This document shows positions 63,492 through 64,000 of a stretch of DNA of 64,000 nt, one piece after another. The position numbers and the translations under genes are program-made. How positions within the stretch are numbered: position 1 is the stretch's first letter; every line of letters begins with the position of its first letter. This stretch comes from Escherichia coli (GTDB taxonomy: Bacteria > Pseudomonadota > Gammaproteobacteria > Enterobacterales > Enterobacteriaceae). The stretch lies in assembly GCF_003991155.1 (NCBI RefSeq), contig NZ_CP031293.1; one strand, given 5' to 3'. Under the pieces are notes generated by a model. That model did not search any database, was not told the DNA's origin, and saw only the letters and a program-made list of their open reading frames with translations.

Positions 63492-64000
63492 TTATCCTCC
63501 GAACAAGCGTTTGAGGAAGCCTTTCTTCTCTTCTTCAATGAAGCGGAAAGGACGTTCTTCTCCCAACAGACGTTCTACGGTATCTGCGTAGGCTTTACCC
63601 GCATCGGCGTTAATGTCGAGAATGACCGGTTCACCCTGGTTAGAGGCGCGCAATACTGATTGATCCTCAGGGATCACACCGACGAGTTTGATGCGCAGGA
63701 TCTCCAGCACATCTTCCATGCTCAGCATGTCACCTCTGCTTACGCGGCCTGGGTTATAGCGCGTTAACAGCAGGTGCTCTTTAATAGGCTCTTCGCCATT
63801 TTCTGCGCGGCGTGATTTCGACGCCAGAATGCCTAAAATACGGTCAGAGTCGCGTACTGAGGAGACTTCCGGGTTGGTGGTAATAATGGCTTCGTCTGCA
63901 AAATAGAGTGCCATTAGCGCACCGGTCTCAATCCCTGCCGGGGAGTCGCAAACAATAAATTCAAAGTCCATCGCTTTCAGATCATCAAGAACTTTGGCGA
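63492..64000 (-). CDS. minD: Septum site-determining ATPase MinD (3' portion; 5' end beyond window)
   Basis: Frame open to the window edge; C-terminus ...EEKKGFLKRLFGG (membrane-targeting amphipathic helix) immediately upstream of minE. Confidence 0.95.
   Translation of the reverse strand, partial: AKVLDDLKAMDFEFIVCDSPAGIETGALMALYFADEAIITTNPEVSSVRDSDRILGILASKSRRAENGEEPIKEHLLLTRYNPGRVSRGDMLSMEDVLEILRIKLVGVIPEDQSVLRASNQGEPVILDINADAGKAYADTVERLLGEERPFRFIEEEKKGFLKRLFGG

Overview
Enterobacterial (Escherichia coli-type) chromosomal window running from the 3' end of yceD to the 5' part of minD. Gene identities are recognised from the supplied translations and remembered E. coli K-12 gene order; no database search was run. 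Positions 1-49,254 are a densely packed core block: rpmF-plsX-fabHDG-acpP-fabF, pabC-mltG-tmk-holB-ycfH, ptsG, fhuE, hinT-ycfL-lpoB-thiK-nagZ-ycfP, ndh, ycfJ, comR, bhsA, ldtC, mfd, ycfT, lolCDE-nagK-cobB, ycfZ-ymfA, potABCD, pepT, roxA-phoQ-phoP, purB-hflD-mnmA, nudJ-rluE, icd. Positions 49.3-63.2 kb are AT-rich and accessory-like: iraM, ycgX, bluR-bluF, ycgZ-ymgA-ariR-ymgC, pdeG, ymgF, a full-length ycgH autotransporter, ymgD-ymgG-ymgI, ymgJ, and a ycgI autotransporter remnant split by an IS3-family insertion, followed by minE and minD. No rRNA, tRNA or CRISPR array was seen. I did not find a convincing undescribed multi-gene system; the points most worth a second look are the prophage-free icd 3' junction with a duplicated terminator flanking iraM, the intact ycgH, the IS insertion with a 3-bp target duplication, two long perfect inverted repeats and a G12 homopolymer. 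Gene coordinates come from the ORF track (stop codon included) with starts trimmed to the remembered protein N-termini; hand-counted positions of hairpins, repeats and IS ends may be off by 1-2 nt, because one hand count near the mfd start disagreed with the ORF track by one base.
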